From Macrostomum lignano (Eukaryota), in NCBI GenBank assembly GCA_002269645.1, contig NIVC01003389.1, forward strand, positions 1-64,000: a DNA stretch of 64,000 nt. The letters run 5' to 3'. The position numbers and the translations under genes are program-made. Below the pieces are notes generated by a model that made no database searches, was not told the DNA's origin, and saw only the letters and a list, made by a program, of their open reading frames with translations. How positions within the stretch are numbered: the first letter of the stretch is position 1; the number at the start of each line of letters is the position of its first letter. Of the stretch, positions 51,292-61,442 are shown in pieces.

Positions 51292-52140
51292 ATGAGCGGC
51301 GGCGGCAACGGCAGCAGCAGCGCGGCGGTCGTCTCGGACATTTTCGCCTCGGCCGGCCAGGCGTTCGGCCGTCTGGCCGAGCTGACCCGGCAGCTGCACG
51401 CGGACGAGCAGCAGGCGGCAGGCGGAGGCGGGGGCGGCAAATGGTCGGCGGCGGAGCTCGACATGCTGCGCGACGCCGTGAGCCGCTTTGGCGCCGATTT
51501 GAATCGCGTCACAGAGCTGGTCAAAGCGCGCACCCTGCGCCAGTTGCGCGGCCAGGTGCGCCAACCTGCGGCAGTTGCGGCGCCAGCTGCGGCGCCTGAA
51601 GACGAAGCGCCGCCAGTCAAGCTGGCCAAGAAGTCGCCGTCTCAGGCTGCGGCAGCTGCACCGTCGTCTGTCATTGGTCGCGGCGGAGCCTCCGGCCGAG
51701 GCAGTCGCGGCGGCAGCGGACGCGGCCGAGGCGCCGGTCGTGGCCGAGGACGGGGCGCCGGGCGCGGCCGGGGTCGCGGCCGAGGCCGTGGCGCCGGGAC
51801 GTCAGCGCCTGCCGTTTCGACCGCCGCCGTCGCAGACGCGGGCGATGACGACGAAGACGACGAGGACGATGAGGAGCGGCAGCTGTACACCGGCGAGGAC
51901 GTCGACGACGGCGACGACGACCCGCTGGCTGGCGGCTTCTACGGGAACGGCTCGGACGACGACGATGATGATGATGATGATGAGGATGATTTGGAAGCTG
52001 GAGGCGGCAACTGCCAGCTGCGGTTCGATGTCGCAGGTGGCGCTGGCGGCCGGAACTTGGCGGCCGTTGCCGACATTGGAGTCGAGGACGACGACGAAGA
52101 CGACGATGACGATGACGACGAGCTGGTGGGCGGCTATTAG
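51292..52140 (+). CDS. BAP18: chromatin complexes subunit BAP18 (C17orf49)-like, single exon, with RG-rich and acidic C-terminal extension
   Basis: VSDIFASAGQAFGRLAELTRQLH...KWSAAELDMLRDAVSRFGADLNRVTELVKARTLRQL parallels the BAP18 SANT-like core (VGEIFSAAGAAFTKLGELTMQLH...KWTETEIEMLRAAVKRFGDDLN). First true ATG is at 51292. Confidence 0.85.
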   Translation: MSGGGNGSSSAAVVSDIFASAGQAFGRLAELTRQLHADEQQAAGGGGGGKWSAAELDMLRDAVSRFGADLNRVTELVKARTLRQLRGQVRQPAAVAAPAAAPEDEAPPVKLAKKSPSQAAAAAPSSVIGRGGASGRGSRGGSGRGRGAGRGRGRGAGRGRGRGRGRGAGTSAPAVSTAAVADAGDDDEDDEDDEERQLYTGEDVDDGDDDPLAGGFYGNGSDDDDDDDDDEDDLEAGGGNCQLRFDVAGGAGGRNLAAVADIGVEDDDEDDDDDDDELVGGY

Positions 52141-52337
52141 CACTGACGCCGCTCTCCAGCTGCCGCCTGTACAGTGCAATGCAGTGCTTTGTTCACGTGT
52201 TCTCTTGTTACATTTTTCCTGCGCTCTGGCAGCTGATGATTGCTACTGCTTAATGTTTTTATATTGACTCTTTTCATGTGTACCCGTGCTCACTGTCTGT
52301 GCAAACTGCTGTCATGTTTTGCAGCCGCTTTTCAAAG

Positions 52338-53221
52338 CAGGGGTCGGCAACTCCGGCCCTCGGGTCTTTTGAAACTTTGCAATAGCAATCCGGCCTGCTC
52401 AGGGGGGGTGTCTTCTCAGCTCTCTTCTCAGTCCTCTCCTCTCTCCCCTCTCTTTTCTCCTCTCCTCTCTTCTCTCCTCTCCTCTCCTCTCCACTGTCCT
52501 CTCCTCTCCTCTTCTCTCCACTCCACTGTCCTCTCCTCTCCTCTCCTCTCCACTGTCCTCTCCTCTCCTCTTCTCTCCACTCCACTGTCCTCTCCTCTCC
52601 TCTCCTCTCCACTGTCCTCTCCTCTCCTCTCCTCTCCACTGTCCTCTCCTCTCCTCTCCTCTCCTCTCCTCTCCACTGTCCTCTCCTCTCCTCTCCTCTC
52701 CTCTCCTCTCCTCTCCTCTCCTCTCCTCTTCACTGTCCTCTCCTCTCCTCTCCTCTCCTCTCCACTGTCCTCTCCTCTCCTCTCCTCTCCTCTCCACTGT
52801 CCTCTCCTCTCCTGTCCTCTCGTCTCTTCTCGTCTTTTCCTTTCACTTCTCTTCTCTTCTCTCCTCTCCCTCTTCCTCTCCTTTCTTCTCCTCTCTTCTC
52901 TTCTCCTCTCCTTTCCTCTTCTCTCCTCTCCTTTCCTCTTCTCTCTTCTCCTCTCCTCTCTTCTCCTCTCTTTTTTCTCCCATCTCATTTCCTCTCATCT
53001 CATTTCCTCTCATCTCATCTCCTCTCTTTTTTCTCTACTTTCATCTCTCATCGCAACTCCCATCTCGCCTCTCACCTCTCTTCTGTGGTCTCTCATCTCG
53101 TCTTTCCTTTTCTCGCTCTCTCATTCCCATTGCTTTCTTCTCTCATTTTGCCGGCAGCATGATCATCTATTGAAGTAGATTCTTTTTTGGCCCTTTAAGT
53201 AAAAACGTTTGCCGACCCCTG
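52338..53221. mobile_element. hAT-type MITE with expanded CT-rich core
   Basis: CAGGGGTCGGCAA...TTTGCCGACCCCTG terminal inverted repeats and near-duplicated 8-bp flanks TTTCAAAG/TTTTCAAG. Interior (CTCCT)n-type repeat at about 52420-53100. Confidence 0.8.
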
Positions 53222-53480
53222 TTTTCAAGCTTGCTTCACATTCGCTACTGCGGTGTCCCGATTGCATGATCAATTTATAGTGTAAATTATGAATCAATTT
53301 AGTCATTCGTCAATTCGTCATTCATGCTCATTATGCAAGAAAAGTGTGTATTAATTAATACATTGGATAGGGCAGGATACCTGCTGCAGTGACTGTCGCT
53401 ATTTTAGTATAAAATTGTCACCATGAAGTAATTTTTTTCATCGTTTTAAAAACTAATTTTCATCCCTTTCGGCGGGATGT

Positions 53481-53648
53481 AAAACAGTTAGGGAGAATGT
53501 AAACCAGTTAGGGAGAATGTAAACCAGTTAGGGAGAATGTAATCCAGTTAGGGAGAATGTAAACCAGTTAGGGAGAATGTAATCCAGTTAGGGAGAATGT
53601 AAACCAGTTAAGGAGAATGTAATCCAGTTAGGGAGAATGCAATCCGGA
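53481..53648. repeat. 20-bp minisatellite, about 8 copies
   Basis: Tandem GTAA(A/T)CCAGTTAGGGAGAAT units. Confidence 0.9.
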
Positions 53649-53989
53649 CAGAGAGAACACTTACACAGGCACACGCTGTGTACAGTAGCCCTGACTCTCA
53701 TTGTCAGACATGTACATACTCCTGAGGCCGGCTGGTAGTGGACTTTGGTCGAGTCAAGTTTTAGATCAAGTAGTCAATGCCAGTACTAAAATAATGAAAA
53801 AAATATGCTTTCAAAAATGTAACTCGGGGTCATGCCTGTTTTTCATCAATTTTTGCTTTAAAGAAGATCTTAGTACGAGTACGGAGTAAATAAAACATAT
53901 TTTGAATTGTTTGTAATCGCATCTTGTCGCAACATATCACTGGGATCTGTATTCAATCTGACCTCAAGTGTGCCGCTCTTAAAAGCTTG

Positions 53990-54320
53990 GACAGGACGAA
54001 AAAGTCATCAAAATTACTCGGATTAACCAGTGGCTGACGTCTACGGTAAGCACAGGGAGTGGTGGGCCGACGCCCCCGACTGCCGGCAATCCCGCGCGGC
54101 ATCCATGGCTGTTTTGCCAGGCATCGCGACCTCCAGGGAAAATCCGCAGTGAGGAATGCTCATTCTGTCTCTCCGGTGTCGAGAATACGGAGCACTGCAT
54201 CTGTGAATGCCCCGTCTGTACTCAGGACAGGCTCACTTACTTCGGCACAAACCCGGACCTTTCCGACATTTTTCAGGCCCGAGAATCTCTCCCAGCTCGT
54301 CCGATACCTAAATGGCTAGG
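53990..54320 (+). mobile_element. degenerate LINE ORF2 3' fragment with CCHC finger
   Basis: Frameshifted translation HREWWADAPDCRQSR / GIHGCFARH / ECSFCLSGVENTEHCICECP...RLTYFG. Confidence 0.7.
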
Positions 54321-54816
54321 AGAATCACAGGATCTCCCTGCGCAACACCGCAGTACCAGCTGCCTGTGGTTGTCGGGTTTGCGGAATGGACTTCGACCGC
54401 CTCCTGCTGTATCCGGATTCCCGGAACCTCCTGCAGTTGAGTCAAAGTGTTTGGTAGGATTGGCCCTCGTGGGAGGGAGCTGCACAGTTCAGCCATTGAG
54501 TCCGATGCGTTGTCCGGTGAGCTGAGCAAGTCTGGTTAGGAGGATGTAGTCCGGTTGGATGGCTAATAACCGTGTAAATGTACTTTTAACTACCTCTATT
54601 GATTTACTGGTAGTGCGGCACTGCATAAAAGTTCGAAATAAAGAATTTACAATGTGGGACATGCTTTTTCTCAAGAAATGCCCAGAACGGCGAGTATAAA
54701 TTTTTACTTCATAATGTGCAATTTAATTTTCAAGAGGAACGTTAAACGGCATTAATATAAATTAGAAGGTAATGAATTTTCTTAGAAATCCAGACAGAAT
54801 CCCATGAATCATTGGC

Positions 54817-55040
54817 AGTAGTAGAGGATAACACAACTCTGCCGCAGGGAAAGCCACGGAAATTCCGTGGGCCCGGATCAGAAGGGCGCCTATGTGTTTG
54901 CATAGCTCAACTCTGCCGCAGGCAAAGCCATGGGAATTCCGTAGACTCCTAATGAGAGTACATAGGCACCTGTGTCCCATAGGGGTAATGTGAATACATA
55001 GCCGCATGTGTTTACATAGGAGATATTTGTATATAAACCA
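54817..55040. repeat. putative Polinton left terminal (inverted) repeat region
   Basis: AGTAGTAG start, 35-bp direct repeat (54834-54868 and 54908-54942, 32/35 identical) and hairpin CCACGGAA-A-TTCCGTGG (54854-54870). The partner repeat is not in the window. Confidence 0.6.
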
Positions 55041-55111
55041 GAAAATTTGTTTTCACAAATAATAAAAATTTTGAAATTCTCGCTCCGTTACATCGTAATA
55101 ACTAATTAATA

Positions 55112-55855
55112 ATGGTCGATATTGGAGAAGGCTACAAACTTCAAGTACAAGAGTATGAAGGAGTACAGTTTATTGCGATTCGGAAATTTTATCGACATGG
55201 CAGCACAGCGAGTTTAAAACCTGGCGTTCCCGGATTTAACCTCAACATCCGACAATGGGAGAAGTTGAAAGAACTGAAGCGAACTCTCGTGAAGGCGGCC
55301 CTAGGCGGGCAACAGAGGATCATCAAACTCGGTTTTGATAAGTTTGTTGAGGTTAAGAACGGCATCATCTGGCTAAGACGGCTTCCAGAAGATTGTTGCG
55401 AAGAATTTTTGAAGCGAAACACTGTGGCTTTGGCACCAGCTCTGTGGCGAAAACTGTGGGAGCAGGCTGCATGGATCGACGAGCAGCTGTCTGCCCCACG
55501 CCAAATTTCTGATGTGTATGAGCTGGAGTCGGGATCTTCGAGCGAGAGCAACGGTGATGATGATGACAACAGCAACAAGGACGACATCGTGCGGCTTGCG
55601 AAGACTGAGGATGAGGGCGTCCAATCAAGCACTCTGCGCATCGACGATGAAGTGGTCGCATCAACGCCTCTACCGGTGACAAGTGCTGCAGCTGGCTTTA
55701 TCCCAAAGCAGGATTCGGATTTGCTGCAGGACCCAGTCTGGTATCGCTTCCGGGCTGAAGCAGCTGCGGTCGAGAACGTCAGGAAGCGCAAGCAACCATA
55801 TCCGCTGCGCAGGCAGAATGCCATGAGACTGCGCCTCAATGAGGATGAGGAGTGA
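55112..55855 (+). CDS. PC4 (Sub1)-like ssDNA-binding / coactivator protein, probably two tandem PC4 folds, acidic tail
   Basis: DIGEGYKLQVQEYEGVQFIAIRKFY...LKPGVPGFNLNIRQWEKLKE parallels PC4 ([24 protein letters not shown]...[20 protein letters not shown]). A weaker second repeat reads KLGFDKFVEV...IWLRRL...VALAPALWRKL. TATATAAA at 55030. Confidence 0.8.
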   Translation: MVDIGEGYKLQVQEYEGVQFIAIRKFYRHGSTASLKPGVPGFNLNIRQWEKLKELKRTLVKAALGGQQRIIKLGFDKFVEVKNGIIWLRRLPEDCCEEFLKRNTVALAPALWRKLWEQAAWIDEQLSAPRQISDVYELESGSSSESNGDDDDNSNKDDIVRLAKTEDEGVQSSTLRIDDEVVASTPLPVTSAAAGFIPKQDSDLLQDPVWYRFRAEAAAVENVRKRKQPYPLRRQNAMRLRLNEDEE

Positions 55856-56299
55856 AGAAGAAGAAGAATAAGTGCTTTGAAGAACTTTGGTGACTGGTGA
55901 CTGACTTAAATTGGCTCATTTAACAATTTCTATAGTTAACATTGCTCATTTATCCAGAAAACTTAATTAAGTCTCTCCATTTAAGAAAATCATGCAACCT
56001 ATTGTTTCTTATCCGCTGAAAAATATAAAAGCTTCTTTTCATAAAAAATTGTTTTCCTTTGTTCTTGTGCTTAAGAAAAAATTAGACTGTTGACTTTTGT
56101 TTCTTGAGAAAATGGAAAAAATTTACTTTGCTCCTGGCCAACCAGCTAGTTTTTCAATTTGCTCAAAGCTGCTGCATCAAGTTGGAGAAGAGGGTGGGCA
56201 TAAAAATTGAAAGAGCATTGAACAGTGGCTCAATGAGCAAACCGCGAAAAGAACTTAAAAAAATTGTTTTGCAGGCTTTCATTCAGCTTGATTTTGATA

Positions 56300-57370
56300 A
56301 TGGAAAAGATCTACTACAACCCTGCTCAGCCTGCCAGTTTCTCGGGTGTCTCAAAGCTTCTGCACGAGCTCAAGAAAACACAGGATAATCGTGAATCTAA
56401 AAAGAGCATCGGACAATGGCTGACTGAGCAGCCTGTGTACACACTGCACAAGCAAGCTAGGAGACGCTATCCTATGGCACCAATCATTGTTAGGGCTATT
56501 GATGATCAGTGGGAACTTGACCTGGTTGAGATGATACCATTTGCAAAATACAATAACGGCTACAAGTATATTCTCACATGTATAGATGTCCTCTCTAAAT
56601 CTGGTTGGGCCAGGCCTCTAAAAAACAAATCAGCTGCGGAAGTCAAGTTCGCATTCGAGAGTATCCTGAGGTGCTCAAAGCGCCAGCCACGCACAGTCCG
56701 CACGGATCAAGGAAAAGAGTTCATCAATACCAATTTTCGGGAGTTCTGTATAAGCAAGGGAATTTTGGCATTCCCCACTAATAGTGAGCAAAAAGCAGCC
56801 ATCATAGAGAGGTGGAATAGAACTTTGAAAAACAAAATGTGGCGATATTTCACCCACAAGAGCACTTTGCATTGGGTTGATGTGTTGCCAAAGCTGGTCA
56901 AGTCGTACAACAACACTTACCACAGAAGCATCAAAATGGCACCGACTAGCGTATGCAAAGAGAATGAGACTGAGGTCTGGATGAACCTTTACAATGGAAG
57001 AGCCATTGAGACTGTGAAGAAGCCAAAGAAGCCCAAATTCAGTGAAAAGCAGTCAGTGAGAATTTCCAATGCACCCAGGCTATTCCGCAAAGGATACAAG
57101 GCCAACTGGAGTGAGGAGGTGTACACTGTAGTATGTAGGGCACCGAAGCACTATCCGTACATGTACAAGATTAGGGACATGAAGGGTGAGGAGATCCGGG
57201 GTCTCTTTCATGAGCATGAGCTGCAGGCGGTGCCGGACTCACAGCGGCTGTATGTGATTGAGAAGATCCTGAAAACGGAGAAGCAGAAGGGAAAAATTCG
57301 CTATCTGGTGAAGTGGGCCGGCTACGACTCGACAGGCTGGGTGGATGAAAAAGACTTAAGAAAGGTTTAG
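56300..57370 (+). CDS. Polinton retroviral-like DDE integrase with C-terminal chromodomain-like module
   Basis: YYNPAQPASFSG N-terminus; catalytic D (WELDL), D (RTDQGKEF), E (IIERWNRTLK); YVIEKIL...RYLVKWAGYD at the C-terminus. Uninterrupted. Confidence 0.95.
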   Translation: MEKIYYNPAQPASFSGVSKLLHELKKTQDNRESKKSIGQWLTEQPVYTLHKQARRRYPMAPIIVRAIDDQWELDLVEMIPFAKYNNGYKYILTCIDVLSKSGWARPLKNKSAAEVKFAFESILRCSKRQPRTVRTDQGKEFINTNFREFCISKGILAFPTNSEQKAAIIERWNRTLKNKMWRYFTHKSTLHWVDVLPKLVKSYNNTYHRSIKMAPTSVCKENETEVWMNLYNGRAIETVKKPKKPKFSEKQSVRISNAPRLFRKGYKANWSEEVYTVVCRAPKHYPYMYKIRDMKGEEIRGLFHEHELQAVPDSQRLYVIEKILKTEKQKGKIRYLVKWAGYDSTGWVDEKDLRKV

Positions 57371-57389
57371 CTTTTGCGCATCTCTTCTC

Positions 57390-58214
57390 ATGAGGTTTAA
57401 CATTATAATGCGAACTATTTTGATTAACAGTGAGCATGCTGAAGGTACTCCTAGTGACTTTAATTTTTACCTGCCTTCACCTATTTACTTGGATCGAAAT
57501 GTGGACTATGAGGCAGGTCTGGCTGAAATCCATCTGCCTGCTGCATGGTTCAATGTTGACGAGCCTTACTGCTTCACTGTCTCAGATGGAAGAGAGCATG
57601 AGGCCCTGGTTCTTCAACCCGGACGCTTTGCTAGAGTGGAGGAGCTGGTGGAGCGCCTGAATGAGCTGCTGGCCAACTCTGATTCGCTGTTCTTTGATGC
57701 GATGAGTGACAGGGAGTCTGAGATGGAGGCTGATGAGTCCGGCCTGATGGGGCGTAGTGGCAACAGGGAATTTGGTATGAAGTTCGAAATCCGCAACTCA
57801 CGAACTGTGGTGCACAACAACACTGCGAGAGCAGAGCTGTTTCTTCCATCTAGCAAAATTCTGCATTGGCTGGATTTGGAAACCAGGCTGTGAAAATCCA
57901 GCCAGGGAGCCGCGTGTCCGAGCATTGCATTGGCTGTCCGCGCACCAGCTTAATCAATGTACACTGCAGTGTCGTTGAGTCAACTAATTGCAACTTGGCT
58001 CCTGTTGAGAACAGTTGGAATGAAAGCCGGCATTGAATGGGGCAACTATCAAACAAAAATATTTAAGAAAACAATATTCTTCCCGATTCAACGAATCAGT
58101 CTTCTTCACAGCATTCGAGTTCAGCTGCGTGACATCTATGGTTGCCCACTGATTGCCCAGACACTCAGCCCTGTTCTGCTCACAGTTCAGATTCGAGAGA
58201 AACGCATTCAATGA
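57390..58214 (+). CDS. minor capsid (penton-like) protein, two apparent frameshifts (about 57872 and 58001)
   Basis: N-terminal PSDFNFYLPSPIYLD..YEAGLAEIHLPAAWFNV. The repaired C-terminus reads INVHCSVVES...LAPLLRTV...IFFPI...IRVQLRDIYG...LLTVQIR, typical of Polinton mCP. Confidence 0.8.
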
Positions 58215-58597
58215 ACTACCAGCAGCTGATCCAGCAATATTCGGGGGTGAGGACAGGACACGAAAAGCCTGCACTCTATGGCTGTGGGAGCTTTCCGGGG
58301 ATCATGACATACCAGCCTCCTCCAGCGGCTACATCATCATTCTCAACGCATAGCAATGTCAGGCGGAAAAGAAATACTGAAGCAAGTCCGAAACGATTGA
58401 AGAAGAAGTACACCCGAAAGGCAACTGGTAGAGATCGCACCAATAAGAGGTGCAATGAAAGAAATCCGAGCAAGGCTAGTAGGAAAAAGCTTAAGAATAG
58501 GAAGACGAAAGCAAAGAAGAATGCAGCAGGCGGAGGAAAGCGAAAGCGAAAAGTCAGCAAGAAAACTGTGAAACGCGTGCTCGACTCTCTGTCATAG
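58211..58597 (+). CDS. small basic core (DNA-condensing, adenovirus pVII-like) protein
   Basis: ATG overlaps the mCP stop (ATGA). The C-terminal half is K/R-rich. It lies between mCP and MCP and contains an LYGCG motif. Confidence 0.6.
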   Translation: MNYQQLIQQYSGVRTGHEKPALYGCGSFPGIMTYQPPPAATSSFSTHSNVRRKRNTEASPKRLKKKYTRKATGRDRTNKRCNERNPSKASRKKLKNRKTKAKKNAAGGGKRKRKVSKKTVKRVLDSLS

Positions 58598-58599
58598 AC

Positions 58600-59880
58600 A
58601 TGGCTTACGGATTCAATCCCAGACTTGATTTATTTAAGACGCCTGTTCTACAAACCTGCATTGAAAAAGCTACTTATGTTGATATTCACCCAGTAAATTC
58701 CATTACTGCAAACTCCCCCATTGAATTTGACTGCCACCAATCTGCCGATGAATACACTGATTTGCTTAATTCTTTTCTTTATATTCGCTGCCGCCTTGTG
58801 AGACTGGATGGGGGTTTGCTGAGGGAGGATGTTCGAGATGGAGATGGCATCATCACCGAGCGCAGAGACAGTGATGTGCACCCAGAAAACTTTGTTTTGT
58901 CTACAGCCTTCTCAGATGTAATTGTGAGCATTAACCAGCGAGTGGTGTCTGGTGGAGACCAGCTCTATCCCTACCATGCGTACTTCAAAGCACTAATGAG
59001 CTCATCTGATGCCCAGCAACTAAAACTTTACCCTGCTGGCTTCCTGGAGCCGAACTCGGCAGCTGAAGAGCACACGGAGAGCCACAGGGAATCCCGATGG
59101 ATGGAGTATGCAGGGCCGCTCTTCAGCGATGTTTTCCAGTGCCCAGTGTTTCTGCTAAACAATCTGCACTTGCACATCAAACTGGTGCCCAGCGATGGGG
59201 CCTTTGCCATCAGAAGCCCGAATGCAAACAACGCGGCATACCGCATGGAAATCTCTCACTGCATTTTGCATCTTCGCCGAGTCAAAGTGGTGCCCCACAT
59301 CAGCCTGGCCCACGAGCAGGGGCTGACAAACCAAAATGCACTGTATCCCATCGAGCGAACTGAAATGCAGAACTTCATCCTACCCCAGGGCATTCAATCT
59401 AAAAACATTGAAGGATTCACTCATGGAAAATTGCCGAAGTTCATCATGCTGGCCTTCGTGAGCCACCGTGCATTCAACGGTCATCATCACGCGAGCCCGT
59501 TCCAGTTCCAGAGCTTCAACCTTAGCCGGTTGGCTCTAAAGAAAGGTGGGGAAACCGTGTGCCACGGTGCCTTCACACCTGAAAACAATTCCTTCGTAAG
59601 AGAATACTTGCACTACCTGAAAAGCTGTCAATCTGCAAGCCTCACAAATTCGGTTCCGTGGATCCCTTACCAGCTCTTCTCCAACAACAGCACGGTGTTT
59701 GCATTCGATCTCACACCCGAGGGAGCGGCTCTGTGGTACGGACAGAAGGAGGGCAACCTGCGGCTGGAGATTCGCTTCCACAGGCACTGAATGAAGCGGT
59801 GTCCTGATCGTCTGTGCCTGTATGACTCGCTGATTGAGGTCACCAAGCACCGGGAGCTTTTGCTGGACTATTCCTCTTAA
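58600..59880 (+). CDS. double jelly-roll major capsid protein, three apparent 1-nt deletions near the C-terminus
   Basis: LDLFKTPVLQTCIEKATYVDIHP, YTDLLNSFLYIRCRL, LYPYHAYFKAL, LPKFIMLAFV..AFNG, FAFDLTP, GNLRLEIRF. The repaired tail is PQALNEAVSLIVCALYDSLIEVTKHRELLLDYSS*. Confidence 0.9.
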
Positions 59881-59885
59881 TTGGC

Positions 59886-60395
59886 ATGGACGCAATTCAA
59901 CTACTCCATCTCGCCAGAAAATTTTTGTCTTGCCGAAAATTTCTCATCATTACTTTACATTCACGCTATAAAAATGTATTGTCTTTGAGTCTAAAAAGAA
60001 AATATCGATCAATTCCCTTTGAAAACAAGTTTGTGTTTGTCCTACTACAGCACAATGGCTCATTTGGTCACTGGGTGGTGTGCTATGCTGGGCAAGGAAA
60101 TTGCATTGAGCTGTTCAACTCCCTCGGCTGGGAACCTGAAATTTTATCTGTGGTTTATAATTTGTTTCGAGAGATTAAAACAACTGGCTTTTGGCTCCGA
60201 AGCAATATAAACAGATTTCAATGTGCTAACTCTAATAAATGCGGAGTGTTTTGCATCTATTTTGCTTATCAAAAGTTGCTGATCAATCGGTCATTTGAGG
60301 GTATTTTAAAGAGTTTGCACTCTAATGAAAAAAATCATTTGAATGATAGAATCTTACAGAGGTTTGAAGCCAACTTAAGAAAAAGATGTCCGTGA
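59886..60395 (+). CDS. adenain-like cysteine maturation protease
   Basis: GHWVV (His), IELFNSLG, FQ...KCGVFCIYF (Gln oxyanion hole, catalytic Cys). Confidence 0.85.
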   Translation: MDAIQLLHLARKFLSCRKFLIITLHSRYKNVLSLSLKRKYRSIPFENKFVFVLLQHNGSFGHWVVCYAGQGNCIELFNSLGWEPEILSVVYNLFREIKTTGFWLRSNINRFQCANSNKCGVFCIYFAYQKLLINRSFEGILKSLHSNEKNHLNDRILQRFEANLRKRCP

Positions 60396-61064
60396 TTTCT
60401 AATATTTATGCATTAGACATGGGAGAAAAGCGAGTTTGCTACGATATCCGCCTCAGGCAGGGAAGCTGCATGATTGTCTGCGGGCCCACCAATGCAGGAA
60501 AAACAACCTTTGTCAAACACCTGATCCAGTACAGAGACGTCATGTTTGATGTGAAGCCTGGCAGAGTTCTGTGGTACTATGGGATCTCACAGGCAGGCCA
60601 TGCAGAACTGAGCAGCCTAGGTGTGCAGCTGCGCCAGGGATTTCCCACCAACATCGAGGCAGCACTTAGGCCCAATGACCTGGTTGTTTTCGATGACTTA
60701 ATAGAGGAAACTTCAAATCTGCTTCAATGCGAAATTTTTTCACAGGAATCGCACATCACTTGCCGTGCTTTTGGTGATGCTGACTCAGAATATATTTTTC
60801 AAGGGAAAAGAGTCGCGAACAATGAGCTTGAATGTAATGTATTTAGCTATCTTGAAAAACCCCCGAGACCAGCTGCAGATTGCAGCACTGGGCAGGCAGT
60901 GCTTTACAGAGAAGCCCGGCTTTCTGCTGTCAGTGTTCAAGCACGTGACCGCGCAGAACAGGGGAGCCTACCTGTTCCTAGACTTTCACCCATCAACTCC
61001 CGATGAGCTGCGAGTGCGGGCCAGAATTTTGCCCAACCAGCGACCCCATCTTGTATTTGCTTAA
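60386..61064 (+). CDS. A32/FtsK-HerA-family packaging ATPase, two apparent 1-nt deletions (about 60716 and 60770)
   Basis: Walker A GPTNAGKTT and Walker B LVVFDDL. Repair gives FFTGIAHH...LTQNIFFKGKESRTMSLNVMYLAILKNPRD...YLFLDFHP. Confidence 0.9.
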
Positions 61065-61106
61065 GAAAGTGAAGCTTGTTTTTTATCGGCTATTGTTTTC
61101 ATCGCT

Positions 61107-61442
61107 ATGGAAGTGCTTGATTCACATGCAAGTCTGTTTGCGGTTCTTGCGTCACCTAAATATACCGTGCGCTTCAAGCGGCTGTTGATAAAAAATTGTC
61201 CAAAAGAAGTGCGTTATTTTCTTGTCGAGGCCTGCCATAATCTCTTACAAAACAATTTATCGTTTTTGATCAATGAAAAAGCTGTTCTTGCAAAGTCAAA
61301 AGAGATAATTCGAAAATTACTCAGCAAGAAGAAAGACAGACTTGTTAAGGCTGGCTTCATTAAAATACTCCCGATTCTGCTTAAGCTGGTAAAGAAGAAG
61401 AAGCAAAATGAACAAATTTTCAGAAATGGTTCTGATTCCTAA
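61107..61442 (+). CDS. small basic Polinton hypothetical protein (possible membrane-active minor virion protein)
   Basis: Pattern LLIKNCPKEV..LVEACHNLLQNNL...LAKSKEIIRKLLSKK..LVKAGFIKILPILL resembles, from memory, a recurrent Polinton ORF next to the ATPase. Function is inferred. Confidence 0.6.
   Translation: MEVLDSHASLFAVLASPKYTVRFKRLLIKNCPKEVRYFLVEACHNLLQNNLSFLINEKAVLAKSKEIIRKLLSKKKDRLVKAGFIKILPILLKLVKKKKQNEQIFRNGSDS

Noticed and set aside
53481-53648. Interstitial telomere next to the Polinton
   Set aside because: Only one TTAGGG per 20-bp unit, not (TTAGGG)n, and about 1.2 kb outside the predicted terminus.
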